Shown: positions 24,861 through 39,940, numbered from the stretch's first letter. The stretch is DNA of 64,000 bases from Camelus dromedarius (GCF_036321535.1 NC_087436.1:42348001-42412000); one strand, 5' to 3'. Notes: generated from the letters alone by a model not told the origin. Translations and numbers: made by a program.

Positions 24861-27680
24861 TGTATGGGTGAATCACACTGTTCCCTGCTCCATGAACACC
24901 CATTGGCATTACAACACACATTCTGGGTTGAAATAGTCATGTAAAAAGTATTAACCACAGCCTTGTCTGTATTTAGAATAATCCCATTTTCACAGGGCAT
25001 TTTAATGAAACTTGGGTACATGTGGAATCACCAAACTCTTGGTTAAATAGTTCTTACTTTAATTTCAAAAACAAACAAAAAACCTGTGTTAATCATTATT
25101 CTGCTAAAACGGTTTGTTTCCTATCAGATTCCCCTTCAACTAATATTTATTGTTCACCTGCTATGTTTCAATTCTAGTTTGTCATTATTTCTTGAGTAGC
25201 TTACACCTTGTTTCTAGAGAAGTGACAGCTGGAAGATTAAAAGATAAAGAAAATGTATACCTAATACATGTAACGTTCAGGACTATTGCTAGTTACTATT
25301 ATTTTATTGGTTCAGAACAGACTCTGAAATATTTCTGGGGGAGTTGTGTCACCTACCAGCATGTCACTCCTTATGCTTTTAATAGTTCTCCATCTCAATA
25401 ACTGACTGTTCATTGCTTATTAATTTCCAGGGACTAGGACTGTAGTTAAGAAATATGTTGAACACTTGATTGTCGATCAACCTAATGACAGTGTAGAGCC
25501 ACACAATATGATGATTAATTGAAAAAACCCTCTGCTTTATTTTTGACATTAAAAGCACTGTTTTATTACTTGTTTTAATTTTTCTCTTGGCTTCTGCTGT
25601 TAGTATGTTCTAGTTTCTAGTCACATCACACTTGATCCTTTTTAAGCCCTTAGCATTCTGACTGCTCAAATATTTAATCTTATGATAATAATCTAAAATT
25701 CAAAGATTTACATGAAGACTTACAAAATAACAGTGTTTTAAAATTTTTTTCTGTTTTTCATTTCCCAGGTTGTCCAAATTGGGCCAAGTGGTTTCTGTAC
25801 TTAACACTGTGCCTATAAGTGCCTGGTTTCCACTCAACCTAATAAAAAGCTATGCTTAAAAGTGTAGTTCACCATAATAATATAGGTAAAATAATGAGAC
25901 TAAAAATCTGTTAGCAACAGCCAAATGAGTTATTTACAATAAAGCAACTGATAGGCCTGTTTAATTTTCTCTTTGTATTTTGCCTCCAAACTACCTCTTC
26001 AACATTTATGTTTAAATATCTTATCTAGGAATGAATTTTATGAACCAAAATAATTTTGTCTTCCATAAACTTCAGGTTTCTATAAAACTTCTTCATTAAA
26101 AAAAAAGCACACATGAGAGAATATGCCATCACAAGCAATATACTTCATTGCCTGGTGTAAGATATTTCTTACTTGGTAAGTGTATATAAAATATCTACTT
26201 TTTGTACTATAATGATTTCAAACACACTAGCACAGCTTTAATTCCCAAACACAGAAGACCATTTCATTTACTACATCTGTTACTTGTATGATTATAAAAT
26301 AACATTGGAATTTGGCATGTTAAGAGCAGGTACTCTTCTTTATGTATAATTATTTTTACTCAGAACAGTCTAATTGGGTCTATAATTTTTCATTTACAAA
26401 TGAGATTTTTAGGATCCATTTACAAAGTGATTTGTCAGTACCTGGCAATATTTGACACTGAACTTTGTTCTTACTGGTATTGTATGATCTGTTCCAAAGC
26501 TAGAAATAAATGTATTTATGATGCATTTTAAAGTCTAAAGTTGCCTGAAGAAGGGAAAGGAATACTTTTTAAATGACTGAGTGCTTTCTAATATTGCAGA
26601 GCATAAACAGTTTTCTACCCTTAAGTCCCTCAGATCATCAAACACTAAGAACTTTTATTCCTCTGGCTCAGCTGTGCATCAGTTCACCAAAGGATTAATG
26701 ACTATTTTTTAAAAATGGTCTTTTGAGATCAGTCTAGGCTGAAGAAAAATATTTTACTAAACCTTCTCTGCCTTGGTAAATAGTCAGAGGCCACTAGAGA
26801 ACACATACCTGGGAGTCAGGACATGTGATTCGCATCAGCAAGCCCTTTGGGATGAATTTTGAACAAGTTGGGACCTTGACCTACAGGTCAGTTCCATTAC
26901 TTTCACATTCTGTAGGTGAAAAACAACCTGTTCTCAATTTTTCAAATGGTGCTTTGAGACCTAATTAGAATTTGGAATTAAATAAGAATGTGTTTGTGAC
27001 CACTTATGGTACTCAGACTTAGTTGTAGTAGAGGCTTGAGAATGATGTGGAGAAAAGTGAACTGACTGAACATTTCAACTTCTGTGAGAAGTAGTGTGAT
27101 GTGAAAAACCAAGAGCTTTGGGGACAGACAAGGAAGCGTCTGACCTTGAACATTCAGCAGCAAGCCACGTATTATCACCACCATATCACTACTATCACTA
27201 CAAGTGCAGCTGTACTTCAGGTAACCTGCTCAGTCACAGACACTGAAAAAAATAACTTCTTTATGTCTCAGGGTTTTTCTTGTTTTTATTGTTTTCCCAA
27301 CTGAGAACCTACCTTTTGCATTGCTGTAAGAATTAGAATTAATTTCTATAAAGATGTTGGCATTTAGTGGGATGTCAAAAATTGAGTGCTTTTCTACTGT
27401 TCATGGTTCGTGTAAGGACACCTATGGATAGTTCTTAAATCTAAACTTACTGAATTTAGCCCATATTTAATTGTAATAGTGGCAGACAGCAAGAATTTCT
27501 TTTTTTTAACTCTTAACATTTTCTGAAATCTAGAGTTTAAGGCTACTTTGATTATAATCCATTTTCCTAAAGATTATCAAATGGAGCCATGTGTACACCC
27601 TTGACTCACAATATCTACTTGTTGAAAAGAATTTATTGACTCTATACATATAAGTAAAAATTCTGAAGACTTTGATACCC

Positions 27681-28244
27681 ATTTTTTTCACTAAAAGTAT
27701 AGTCAGCTGACAATATTATATTAGTTTCAGGTGTATAACATAGTAATTTGATATTCTGATATAACTCTATTTGATATAACTCTATACAAAATTATTATAA
27801 AATGCTGAATATATTCCCTGTGTTATATATTACACCCTTGGAACTTATTTATTTTATACCTAGTGGTTTTTACCTCTTAATCCCCTTCACCTATTCTGCC
27901 CCTCTCACCTTCCACTCTGGTAACCACTAGTTTGTTTTTTGTATCTGTGAATCTGTGTCTGTTTTATAATAATTAGTAATTTGTCTTATTTTTTAGATTC
28001 CACATATAAATGAAAATATACAGTATCTGTCTTACTCTGTCTGACATTATTTCACTTGGCATTATGCCCTCCGGGTCCATTCATGTTGTTGCAAATAGTA
28101 AAACTTCATTTTTTTTTTGACTGAGTAATACTCAATTGTAAATCTTGACGAGGATGTGGAGAAAAGGGAACCCTTGCGTACTGTTGGTGGGAATGTAAAA
28201 TGGTGCAGCCACTATGGAGAAAGTATGGAGTTTCCTTAAAAAAC
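27681..28244 (-). mobile_element. 5'-truncated L1 with 5' inversion (L1MA9 / artiodactyl-like 3' end)
   Basis: Minus-strand L1 3' end at 27681-28140, then a plus-strand L1 piece gaggatgtggagaaaagggaaccctt..gtgggaatgtaaaatggtgcagccactatgga. TSD tgatacccatttttt (27673) / tgatatctatttttt (28245). Confidence 0.88.
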
Positions 28245-29624
28245 TGATATCTATTTTTTAATGAACATATTGAATTTGTAAAGATGTACCTGAAACTTTG
28301 ATCTGTAAAATCTACTAGAAAAAAGGAACAAGTTTGGGAAAGAAGAAAATGTTGTTTATTGTGTACTTTTATGCCCCAGGTAACCAATCAAGCACTTGAG
28401 TAGAACCTAGGCCAATACATAAACATAAAATGGCTTTATTTATTTATATTTTTTACCACCTGCACAGAGCGTGCTCTGTCGAGCTGTCAATCCATCCATG
28501 GTTGACAGGAAATGTTCCCTGAACATTTCCAGGAAACACATTAACCTTGTAGTCCTCTCCCATGACTTTATCTCAATCCACTTGTACAATTCATTTTCAG
28601 TAACTTTCTATTACTTGACTACTACTATAATTTTTCTACTAAGCCTGTGCCTAGGAGGTTAAACTTTAGTGGCTTAGAGATTTAGCAGTGTATGTGTGTG
28701 GAGGATACTCCGGTTCCCAAATCTCTATCTCACACTCCCCCTAATGCCTTTCTAGAAAAGTTAGAGTTAAGTGGAGGGGAGGGGAGGCAGTCTCCCTGGA
28801 TAACACCCATGAAAAAACTATGGTCCACTCTTTAATTGGTATGAACTCCTCAATTTGCTCATTGTCCGTGGGCTTGGTGTTGACATATGGGGCCCTGTAG
28901 GTGAAAGGCTTACTCCCATGCAGCTCACTTGGGCATTGGTGATCTCTTATAAATTTAAGCCACATACTTTCATCCTCCTGGCAGCCTCATATTTCATTCC
29001 TCTGAAAAGCACATGCCTTTGATCCACACTCCTACGGTCTCCTGTTCAACTACGGCTCCATGTGTTATCTGGTCTCCTGGTGAGTTCTCAGACCAGAGAC
29101 ACTTGTGAGATCAGACACTGAGATGACACTGTTTTTCTCTCTTTCTTCTCTCAGATTGGAAATCCCAGCAAACCGTCATCTCTCATGTTTTTTTAAACCC
29201 ATGCTTTGGTAGCACAAAAAGCAGGAAGTCTGATGGCTAAATAGATATCCCATCAGAAAGCAAAATGTAGGTCCCTCATTTTATAGGTATCTCTAACTTA
29301 AAAGGGATTCTCTTTGGGCTTCCCACATGGGTTTTCAAAAGTAAAAGCATGCTGCCTACCCAAACGAGAGATGGACAGATGAAATGACTCCTTTACATAA
29401 CATTTCCCAGCATTTTCTGCTTTTAATCTTCATCTATGTCAACAGGGAGTTATAGTGGTTATAGTATCAAGAAGTGGGTGGCCTTAACAGTTGAAGATTC
29501 TCTGAATTTAGGACCTACATTTCTGAGCTGTGGGTCTTACTCATTAACTTTGATGCATATTCTATCACCCTGATAAATTTTCACAAGTTTAGTACTCACA
29601 ATTCAGTATATTTCAAAAGAAAAA

Positions 29625-29850
29625 AAATACATGGTTTTGTAGTTAAATTGGACCCAAATTTCAATCTATACTCTACCATCTATTAGCTGTATTAATCTTG
29701 GGCAAGCTTATTAATCATTCTGAGCTTCAATTTCCACAGTTGTAAGAGGTGAATAATAAATTCCTCATAGATTGTCAAAATAATTAGACAATGTATGTCT
29801 TATATAAATAACTTAGGATGATGTATGGCAAATAAAGACATCGAATAAAG
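29625..29850 (+). mobile_element. MIR SINE
   Basis: tattagctgt..tcttgggcaag..ttaatcattctgagcttcaatttcc..tgtaa. Confidence 0.7.
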
Positions 29851-32096
29851 TTATGTCCTCCATTTAGGAAGGAAACTCTATAAGGAAACCAATGCCTCCT
29901 AGAGATTACCTAACTTTGTCAAGATTATTAAAAGTAGCGGAGACAGTATTTGAACTCCGATCTATCTGATGCTAGGTATTTTCCGCTGCTACATGCCAAC
30001 ACTATATTTGGTATTTAGTAAGAAAAATTAATCAGTTGACTTATTTTCCTTACATGTACAAAAGCAACTTATAATTTAAAATAAATTTTTTTATCCCTAA
30101 GGACTTAGTATACTGTTCAACTATACATTGCTAGAATGTAAACTAGAAGTAGTGAGAAAACTATGGCAAAGGTCAAACAATGATCAGTGTAAAATGGAGT
30201 CAACAAGGAGACAAATACATAAAATAAATGCTATGAAGGCCTCTCTTCTTCATAATGGTGGGTTGCTGAGAAAACTTCCTGAAAAATCACATTCAATTAC
30301 ACAATTCAGAATCAAAAAGATAAACACCAATTGTTTAGGGGAAGCACAATAAGCTCCTTAGTTCAGGAAATACCCCCTTCAAGGGTATTTATGAAAAGGA
30401 TGCTGAGCAAAGGATTACAATGTACCTACATGCATTCTGCCAGTGATAAAGAGAATCTCTCAACATAGGCTAATGACCTTACACCAGCTGGAAATTATGA
30501 GGAGCCAAAATGTGCATGCACAGTGCTGATAGATACATCTGAAAGTGCCTCAGGCAAGAGGAATCCTTACCCTAAATTCTTGGACCAACCTTACGTTTCA
30601 AAGCAGGTCTATGAGCCTCTGAAATTATGTGCAGTATTTTTATGTGAATGCTTATGTGTGTTCAAAATGTGTCCATGGGTATTTAAAGTGTTTTTACGAG
30701 AAAATTAAAATGAAAACAAAACAATAAAAAAATTCCGTAGTAATCCTTTGTTCCATAGCATTGGGTGATTATTCTATGAGAAATTCTCCTGTAAAGTCTC
30801 TTTTTCTTCACCGTGATGTAGATATGGTGCAGCACTGACTCTGAGATTAAGAAGTCTGCAAAATACTTAGAGAACAACTCTTTTTATGCTGTGAATTAAA
30901 CGCAGACCTTTGTGGCGAAACAGGCATAAGGACTTGGGCTAGCACCCTTTCCAAGGCGGTGTGGCTCCTGGAAGACTGCCTCACCTCAGCTTGCAGCTAA
31001 ATGCAACTACAATTATCTACCAGAATTTGAATAAATTCTCACAACAGGAGTTGGCATCATCTATAAAACCTAGATCTATGCACACTAATTTGATCATTAT
31101 CTGTCATTACATATTTGAGGGCACAGATCCAAGGCTCAGGGCCAAAAACTTTGCCAAAGTAGCTTGCACCACAAACCTAATTGCACAGAAAAGTTGAAAA
31201 AGTCTTCAACAATTGTTCATCATCATCATTAATAGCCTCATCTGAAAAAATTTAGTTTTGTGTTTAAAAGCTTCGTTTTAAAAAAGCTAAGCTTTAAAAT
31301 CTTAAAAATTTTTGAATGGCAAAAGCTTTAAAATGTGTACGTGTACGTTAAAAGAATCTAATTATCATAGAGACTATCATTCTGCTTATGTATTTCACTA
31401 TTTAATCCAAGACTCATTTACACATACCAATTTATTTACTGCATAAATCAAATTTCATCTACAATACAGTAGATGTATAGTATTTGATTTAAAAAAAAAG
31501 AACTATCAAAAGACATTTTCAGCCTAGCTCAATCTTATAATGCTATTCTTTTCTTAATAATCTAGGATAATTAAAGACTTTTTTGAGCTAATAGCTTCAA
31601 AAATGAATATAGCTCCCCAAAACACCAGAACTTACTCGAACTTTCTTAAATTCAGCCTGCTTCCTTTGATTTGTTTTGGTACTATATCAGATGTAAAGTA
31701 TTGCTTAAACTCACTTTAAAGGAGTAGCCAGCTACGCTAATCATCTCTAAAGAAAAATACATTAAAAGCTGTAATCTGCCAACATTTTAAATTTTGAAAA
31801 AAAAAGCAATAGAATCTATACTTCATCAATGAGAGACATATAACTCAATACTAATATTGTAAAGACGAGGAGAAAGATGCAAATCTTACTGAAATCAATA
31901 TATTGACTAAATTATTACCTATCATAGAAGTGGTGGAGTATTTCTGATAAACCATTGTAAGTAATGATTATATATTAGGAGTTGACCTTTTGTTGTGTGA
32001 TCCTGTCTTCATCCATTGGTGATGCAAAAGTTGAAAATAACGTGAGCACTGGATTAGCATCCGATCTGACATTAGTCTGTCCTGATAGTTGCATGA

Positions 32097-32279
32097 CTTT
32101 TTAAAAATTGAAGTACATTTGATTTACACTGTAGTATTAGTTTGTGATGTACAGCATAGTGATTAAGTTATACACATATATTCTTTTTCATTATAAGGTT
32201 TTACAAGTTATTCAATATAGTTCCCTGTGCTACACAGTAGGACCTTGTTGTTTATTCTGTAAATAGCAGTTTGTATCTT
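32097..32279 (-). mobile_element. Short L1 3' end inserted in a MIR
   Basis: aattgaagta..tgatttaca..tgtacagcatagtgat..aatatagttccctgtgctacacagtaggaccttgttgtttat, flanked by MIR halves (about 32045-32095 and 32290-32390). Confidence 0.8.
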
Positions 32280-33179
32280 TTAAAATTCTACTTCATTTCC
32301 TTGAGTCTTAGTTTTCTTATTGTACTTGAGAAGTCTTATAAGGAGCAAATGAGATGGCATGAATGAAACACTCTGTAAGTGTTGAAATCATTGTTTTGTG
32401 AATTATGGAACACTATGTGTCCTTGCACAGTGTGTAGTTTGTATATATACACAGCACTAAGGGAACTCAGTCAGGACACATGCTCTGATGCACCCCAGGG
32501 ACTTGGAAAGACAGCACCAGGGTTTGTACCTAGTCCATCAGCCTTGGTCCCACTCCCAGCAGTTATGGTCACTACTCCAGAATGGCTCAGGAGAAAACTC
32601 TTCAACAAGACAAGAAAGAGATGGAGAATCTTTACCCTAGGTTAGAATTTAGCCAAAGATAATTAAGAATTATCTTATCCTGTGGTCTTTCTAGAATCTG
32701 GAAAGCCTGGAACCTACTTTTCCCAAGATCACTCTTGAGCAGGGTACTAGTTTAAGTTTCTCTGTTGAAAGGCACCACATAATAGTTGGGAGATGAAAGA
32801 GAATCAGAGACATTTTGCGCTGACAGCAGTAGGTCAGTATATGACCAAAAGATACATGTGATGCTTTTCCAGTGGCTTCAGGGTTCTGTAAATCACCTGT
32901 GTCAGTGCTACAGGCAGATGATAGTTCTGATCATTTTCTTTGCCACTGGTGGGACTTCCAGAAATCCTGAAAGTCTGTGATGCCTTTCCTGACCTTTGTT
33001 TTTCTAGCTCTTCTAATGTTTTTTTGCAGGCACATAATTTATTGTATTAAACCTCTTCTTGTTTTCTTTACAAAACTCTGACAGAAACAGTATCCCATTT
33101 ACCTAGATATTTATGAGAATTTCTTTATCAATTACCTAATTACTGCACAACATAAACTTAGTGGCTTAAAGCAACATCA

Positions 33180-34266
33180 ATGCAGTTAAACTAGAAATCA
33201 GTTAAAGAAAGATGCCTAGAAAATCTATAAACATTTGGAAACTAAAACACTCTTAAATGACCTCCTGAGTCATAGAATAAATTGAAACAGAAACTAGAGA
33301 GTATTTTCATCTAGACGAAAATGAGAACACAACATCTGTGCCAAAGTAGTCAAATTTGTGAGATGCAGATAAAACACTGCTTACAGAGAAATCAATAGAA
33401 ATAAGTGCCTGCATTAGAAGAGAAGGAATATTTGAAATCAATGACTTTGACTTCTATCTTAAAACATTAGAAAAAGAAGAGCGAATTAAATCCAAAGTAA
33501 GGAGGAGAGTAAATAAAAAGCTAAGAACAGAAATCAATAAAATGAAAAACACACACACAAAGAGAAAAAAAATCAATGAAACAAAAAGCTGGTTCTTTGA
33601 GAAGATCAGCAAAATTGATAAATGTCTAGCCAGACTGATCAGGAAAAAAAGGAAAAAAGGCACAATTTAGCAACATCAGGAATATTAGAGGATGTAACTA
33701 CCTTATACACATAACTACCTTATACACGCAGGCCTTATACATATTTAAATAATAATAAAGAAACTTTATGAGCAACTTAATGATAATAGATTTGACAACC
33801 TAGATGAAATTCATTGGCAGACACGAACTACCAAAGCTCATCAGGAAGAAATTGTTAAACAGAATAGCTGTACATTTATTACAGATGTTGATTTGTAGTT
33901 AAACACTGTCCCCAAAGGAAACTTGGGACCTGAATGGTTTTACTGATGAATTTGACCAAATATTTAAGAAAGAAATAACAACAATTTTACATAAATTCCT
34001 CCAAAAAATTTAGGAACAGAGATATTCTACAAATCACCCCATGAACTCAGAATTTTTCTGATATCTAAGACAGCACAAGAATAGAAAACCACAGACCCAC
34101 ATACCTCACAAAAAGACGTGTAAAATTTCATAACTTTTTAGCAAATCTATTCCAATGATTTATAAGAAGAATAAAACATGATGATAAAATGGGAGTTATT
34201 ATAGAGAAATACAAGTTTTGTTTAATATTTAAGATTAGTCACTGCAATTCACCTGTCCACAGAGTA

Positions 34267-34304
<38 letters not shown>

Positions 34305-35480
34305 GCACACACACATATATATGATTATCTCATTAGATGCAGAAAAAAGTGTTTGACAAATTTATCAGCAAATGGGAAATAGAAGGAACTTCCTTGATCT
34401 TAATGAGGAAAGATTGAATACTTTCCCCCCAGATGTCAGGAACAAGGCAAAAATATCCACTCTTATGATTTCTATTCAACATTGACTGGAGATACTATTC
34501 AGTGCAATAGGCAACAAAAATATATGAAAGTATTCAGATTATAAGTAAATAAGTACAACTATATTTATAGACCATCTGTGTATGTAGAAAACAGTAAAGA
34601 ATTTATAAAAATAATAGGGAGTTTAAAAAAATAGGGAGTTAAGCAAGGTTGCATACTACAAGACCAACATAAAGAAATCAGTTGTTTTTCATATACTAAT
34701 AACAAGCAATCTGAAATTGAAATTTAAGATACCATTTAAAATAGCATCCAATTATGAAATTTTGGGGGATAAACTTGTCAAAAAATATGTAAGATCTGTC
34801 AAATGAATACCACTGAAACATTACTGTAACAGAGTTTTAAAAAAACTGAATAAATGGAGAAATGTACTGTGTTCATAAATGGAAAGCTCAGTATTATTAA
34901 GATTTCAGTTTCTCCCACCATTGAGTCTATAATTTCATTCTCTGCCCACCATCAAAAAAATCTGATTATCTTTTTGTATAAATTCATATGCTGATTGTAA
35001 AATTCATACAAATGAATCTTATCTATAAAATCCATAATTATTTTTGAAAAAGAACAAATGTTTAGACTTAAAAGCTAACTTCAAAATTTTTATAAGGTAA
35101 CAGCAGTTAAGTCTGTGTGCTATTGGCATGGGAGATACATAAATAAATCAATGGAACCAAAATGAAATTTCAGAAGTAGACCTACAAGTATATGGCCATT
35201 TGATTTTTTTTTTTTTTTTGGTCAATTTATTTTTCACAAAGGTGACAAGGGGAAAGAATAGCCTTTTCAATGAATGGTGCTAGGACAATTGGTTAGCCAT
35301 GCAAAAATATGAACTTTGATCCATACCTTACAACATACAAAAATTTACTCAAGATGTATCATTGACCTACATGTGAATTTTTTTCTATAAAATTTCTAGA
35401 AGAACACATAGGAAATATTTGTGACCTGGGACTAGACAATTTTTTTTATATCCAGCAGTAAAAGCATAATTCCTACATTG
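33180..35480 (+). mobile_element. L1M ORF2 fragment (degenerate)
   Basis: aatcaatgaaacaaaaagctggttctttgagaagatcagcaaaattgataaa (INETKSWFFEKI..ID), atgattatctcattagatgcagaaaa (MIISLDAEK), ttttcaatgaatggtgctaggacaa. Confidence 0.9.
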
Positions 35481-35829
35481 GTATGCATTTGGATGATAAA
35501 TGGTTGAAAATTGGCACAAGAGGCCACTGACAGTAATGGTGAGAAAAAAATTTAAGGAAAATCTTTATAAAATTTTGCTTTTTATTTTCCCCTGTTATCT
35601 TTGGATAATTGTTGCTTGCTCTTTATTACTGGAAATTGGCAGCAACACCCCAGACTGCTGACGTTGATTCTGATGGAACAACCAGGGAGGGAAAAATCCC
35701 TGCTGAGGTGATGGAAACATGTCTAGGCATTTGCTCCTTTCCTACTTCCATTTCCACACCTCAGAGTTGTAGTTTATTTCTTCGTAAGGGTTTACTTGTG
35801 ATGAAACTGTGATCAGAAAATCTGCCTGA

Positions 35830-38490
35830 CACTGAGCAAAAATCAAATATGGTAATGTGAGACTATCAGATTGCATTCAGAAACAGAATGCACTAATGTG
35901 TTCTCTATAAGAAATCTACTGAAAAACACCAAACAGGGTGAAAATAAAAGGATGGAGATATATAGATATATATAGATATATACCTATATATATACATGGT
36001 AAATAAAACTAAGAAGAAAACTGGGGAAACAATATCAATATCTGATAAAACAGATTTTAATGTAAAAAGATATGATAAGTGTATTATTCTTATAAAAATA
36101 CAATAGGGCAAGATGATATATCTATCATAAACAGATCTCCATCTAATTGTATGGACTCCAAATAGCTCAAAGCTACAACTAAATGGCAAAAAGGCATATA
36201 TAAACCACCAATTATAGTTGTTTGTTTCATAGAAATTGATAGAACAGGTAAAACAAAAACAAACATAAATATTGAAGACTTGAAGAATACAATGAAAAAT
36301 CTTGAGCTGGTATATCCATCTATCCTGCTTTACTCAACAGACATTAAATACAGATTCTTTTCCAGAACATATAGAACATTAAAATAACAGATTACGTATT
36401 AGGTCATAAGTGACTAAATTCCAAAGGATTAGTATTTTTTTCTTCTACCAAAATGAACTGAAATTAGAAATAAAAAAGAACAGCTAAGAAAAACTCATAT
36501 GTTTTTAAATTAAATAACATATTTCTAAATAATCTTTGGCAAACAAGAAAATTATAAGAAAATGTAAAGATAGTTACAACTTAGTAATAAGATAGATATA
36601 TAAATACTTGGATATAGGTATAGATACACAATAGTTATATATTTATATTATATGTTAATATATTGCATAACATAATAGTTATATATATATAACTATATAT
36701 ATAGCAGCATTAGTTTGGAACAGCTAAAGTCATACTTGGAGGAATATTGATAGCTTTACATACTTTTATCAGGAGTTAAGAAAGACTAATAAACTCAATA
36801 GTCAACTCAAGAAGCTAGAAACAGAACAAGAAATTTAACTCAAAGAAGGTAGGAAGTAAAGACAAGGGCAGAAACAAACAAAATAAAGAATGAATAGAGT
36901 ATTAACAAATTCAAAATAACATTAATTAAAAAGATTAAGGCTGGCAAATTTGATTAAGAGAGAGAAAAAAGAGAGGAGGTAAAAAGGGAAAAGATGCAAA
37001 TAAACAAAATGCATAATGAAAATACAAAACTACTACTGAGACACAAAGATTAAAAGTAAAGCAAAGGACAATTAAAATCACTATTCACCAACAAATCTGA
37101 AAACTTGATCACATGAATAAATTTCTAGAAAAATAAATAATATCAAAAATTAGGTCAAGAAAAGTATGGAATTCAAATAGACAGTATGTAGTAAACAACT
37201 GCAATGTTCATAAAAAATATTCCCCTTTTAGGAAAAATTAGACCCATTTGGTTTATAAATTAATTCAGCCAAGCTGTAGATAACTACTTAATTACTGTCT
37301 TATAAAAGTTTTGGAAAATTAAAAACCATGAAAGCTATACAGCTCATTTTATTGGTAGTGATTTCATATGGTCCCATCTAATATTACATTTGTGAATATT
37401 GATTCAAAGTTACATAAATAATACAATAAAATATAATTTTAGGTCTATTACACTATGAACCTAGAACAAAATGTAGTAATAGGTCATCAAATCCAAAATG
37501 TTATTTTAAAAATACTTTAACATGATCAAGTAATGTTAATTTCAATATTCAAGGATTTTCAACATTAGACAGTTTGTCCCTATAACTTACCACACTAATA
37601 ATCTAAAGTAGGGATTGATAAACTGCAGCCCATGGGTCAAATCCAGCTTGTTTTTATATGATCATTGAGAATGGTTTTTACATTTTTAAAGGATTCTAAA
37701 CAATCAAATAAACAACACAACAAATATGTGACAGAAACTGTATGTGGTCTGCAATCTAAAATATTTACCATCTGGTCCTTTGCAGAAAAAGCTTGTCAAT
37801 TCTTGGTCTAAATAATAAAACTAATGAATAGCTCAATGAATATAAAAAATACATTTGATATTTATGATGAAAATTCTTGGTAACCAGGAAGAGAAGGATA
37901 CTTTTTTAACTTACAAAATTTTTATACCATAACACCTATGGCAAATGTTAAACACAATAGAGGAAATAAATGGTGCACTCCTTTTAAATTCAGGAGCTGT
38001 AGAAAAAAGGCTATTGTCACTGCCTTAATTCAACATAAAACTGGAATTCTAGGTACAAGCCATAATGAAAGAAAAAGAAAGAAGAAGTTTAAGTATTAGA
38101 AGGAAAGAAGATAATTTCTTATTTACAGATTATATGATTATCTACCAGGAAAAAAACAACAGAATAAATAGATTATTTGAAGAAGCAAGAGCTCAACAAA
38201 CTTTCTGGATATAAATGTTTTGATATCAGCATAATCACTGAAAAAATAATTTAAAAATAAGGCACTACATGTACAAATAACATAAAATAGAAAAACTAAG
38301 AAGTATCTTAAGAATCATCTAAGTCAAACATATGTAAGACATCATAGAGAAAAGTTTTAATTTAGAGGCTTTTATGTCCTTGGATGAGATGAGTTAGTAT
38401 TATAAAAAATGTCAACTATTCATAAATTAATGTATATAGTCAATGTTTTCTAAGTTGAAATCCTAGTAGACTTTTTTGAGGAAATCAGTA
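35830..38490 (+). mobile_element. Second, older L1 (L1ME-like) ORF2 fragment
   Basis: Endonuclease-like region aatatcaatatctgataaaacagattttaa, caactcaagaagctagaaa, ttatttacagattatatgattatctacc (LFxDxMIIY). Confidence 0.8.
37609..37805. mobile_element. MER58A (hAT-Charlie) inserted in L1
   Basis: aaactgcagcccatgggtcaaatccagc..ctaaaatatttaccatctggtcctttgcagaaaaag; 8-bp TSD atctaaag / gtctaaat. Confidence 0.88.
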
Positions 38491-39729
38491 ACTTTTCTCT
38501 GTATTTGTCATCTTAAGGAAGTTCTCATTTTGAGCCATAGGTGACACATTAGAGGTCATTCTTTGCAGCACTGTTTGTGGAGATGAAGAATTGGAGGCAC
38601 TCTGGTCTCATCACTAGGGAAGTTGAAGGTAAAGCGGGAGGAATACACCCCATGGAGTCTCACGCAGGAGACAGAGCAATGAAGACACATAGCCACATTC
38701 ATGGCTGACTTTAAAGAAATGATGCTGAGCGGAAAATAAGAGATAAAGACAACAGAAGAAAAAAGGAAATATGTGAAACAACACCATTCTCATAATTTAC
38801 ACAAAATACACCCAAATTTTGCATCAACACGATGAAACAAAAGTAAACACATTGAGTTGATTAAAATAGTTGCCTTTGGAGGGCTGGAGATGAGGGAATT
38901 GGGAACGGGGGCGTGAGGTCAGAGGAAATAGAAATGTAAGTCATTAAAATAAGAGCAGGACGTCACACAGATACAGACACAGTGATGATGGTGCTGTAGC
39001 AAGACCTGAGGATTTCAATTCATGCAACAATCTGAGCCCAGACTCAAGGGAGATTAATATAAACAGCCAAAGAAAAACACAGGCAAGAAGGTACTGTTTA
39101 GAAACCAATAACTAGTTTCCTTTGTTCCATAAATCTATGGAACAAAAAGTGACTGATATTTTTTCCTCCTTATCTGTTTAATCTTCAGGCTCTTTCTTTC
39201 CTCACTCTTTCATCTGAACTTACATTTATTCAATTTTCTTAAATTGTAAAATAAAATAATATAATAACTCTTCCTTGACCCTTTACCACCCAGGTCTATT
39301 CTCTTCTTTTCAAAGATTCTTAGAAAAGCAGCTTATGCCCAATGCTTTGTTCCCACACCTCTCATTTACTGTAAGTGAGCCACCAATCCTCTGACGTACA
39401 CATGACATATTTTAATGTTTGCATATTTAATATCTATTTCATCTATTTAATTTAGTGTGTTTTAAATATATTAATATCACATTTAATGTATTTTTTCCTA
39501 TATGAGATAAGAAGTTTCTTCAGGCCACCCTAGGTATAATTCATCTTTCCATCCATTCACACGTCTTAGCACAGTGCCTTGCAATGTTAGGTATCTCAAA
39601 ATAGTAAATGAATAAACAGAGTTTTGACTTAGTAAAGGTAAAAAAGTCCAGTTATAGACGAAAGTGGGAAGTTGGTACATTTTGTTTTTAGAGTCCCAAT
39701 TTACCTTTTTTTTTGTCTTTTGTCACAGT

Positions 39730-39940
39730 CACAGTCTGGGTTTAGATGTTGCCAGATCACTCAGTGCCTACTTATGTTGAGATGTACATCGGGAAGGACA
39801 TTTAGCCACTCCAAGCTTCCATTTCCTCATCTGTAAAATAACAAAGGCAGAGTATCTATCACACAGGGCTGTTATGAAAATTTAATAAAATAAGGTTTTA
39901 CGTAGTTGCCTATTCCACAATCTGTAAGAGCTCAAAAATA
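39730..39940 (+). mobile_element. MIR SINE
   Basis: tttcctcatctgtaaaata..tatctatcacacagggctgttatgaaaattta. Confidence 0.7.

Noticed and set aside
26076..26175. 100-nt segment between ttcag and GTAAGT
   Set aside because: No recognisable peptide; a non-coding exon cannot be supported without transcript data.
30774..30855. Minus-strand acceptor followed by LLNLRVSAAPYLHHGEEKETLQENFS*
   Set aside because: Peptide not recognised and no partner exons found.
36675..36696. 22-bp perfect palindrome
   Set aside because: Built around a (TA)n microsatellite; trivial self-complementarity.
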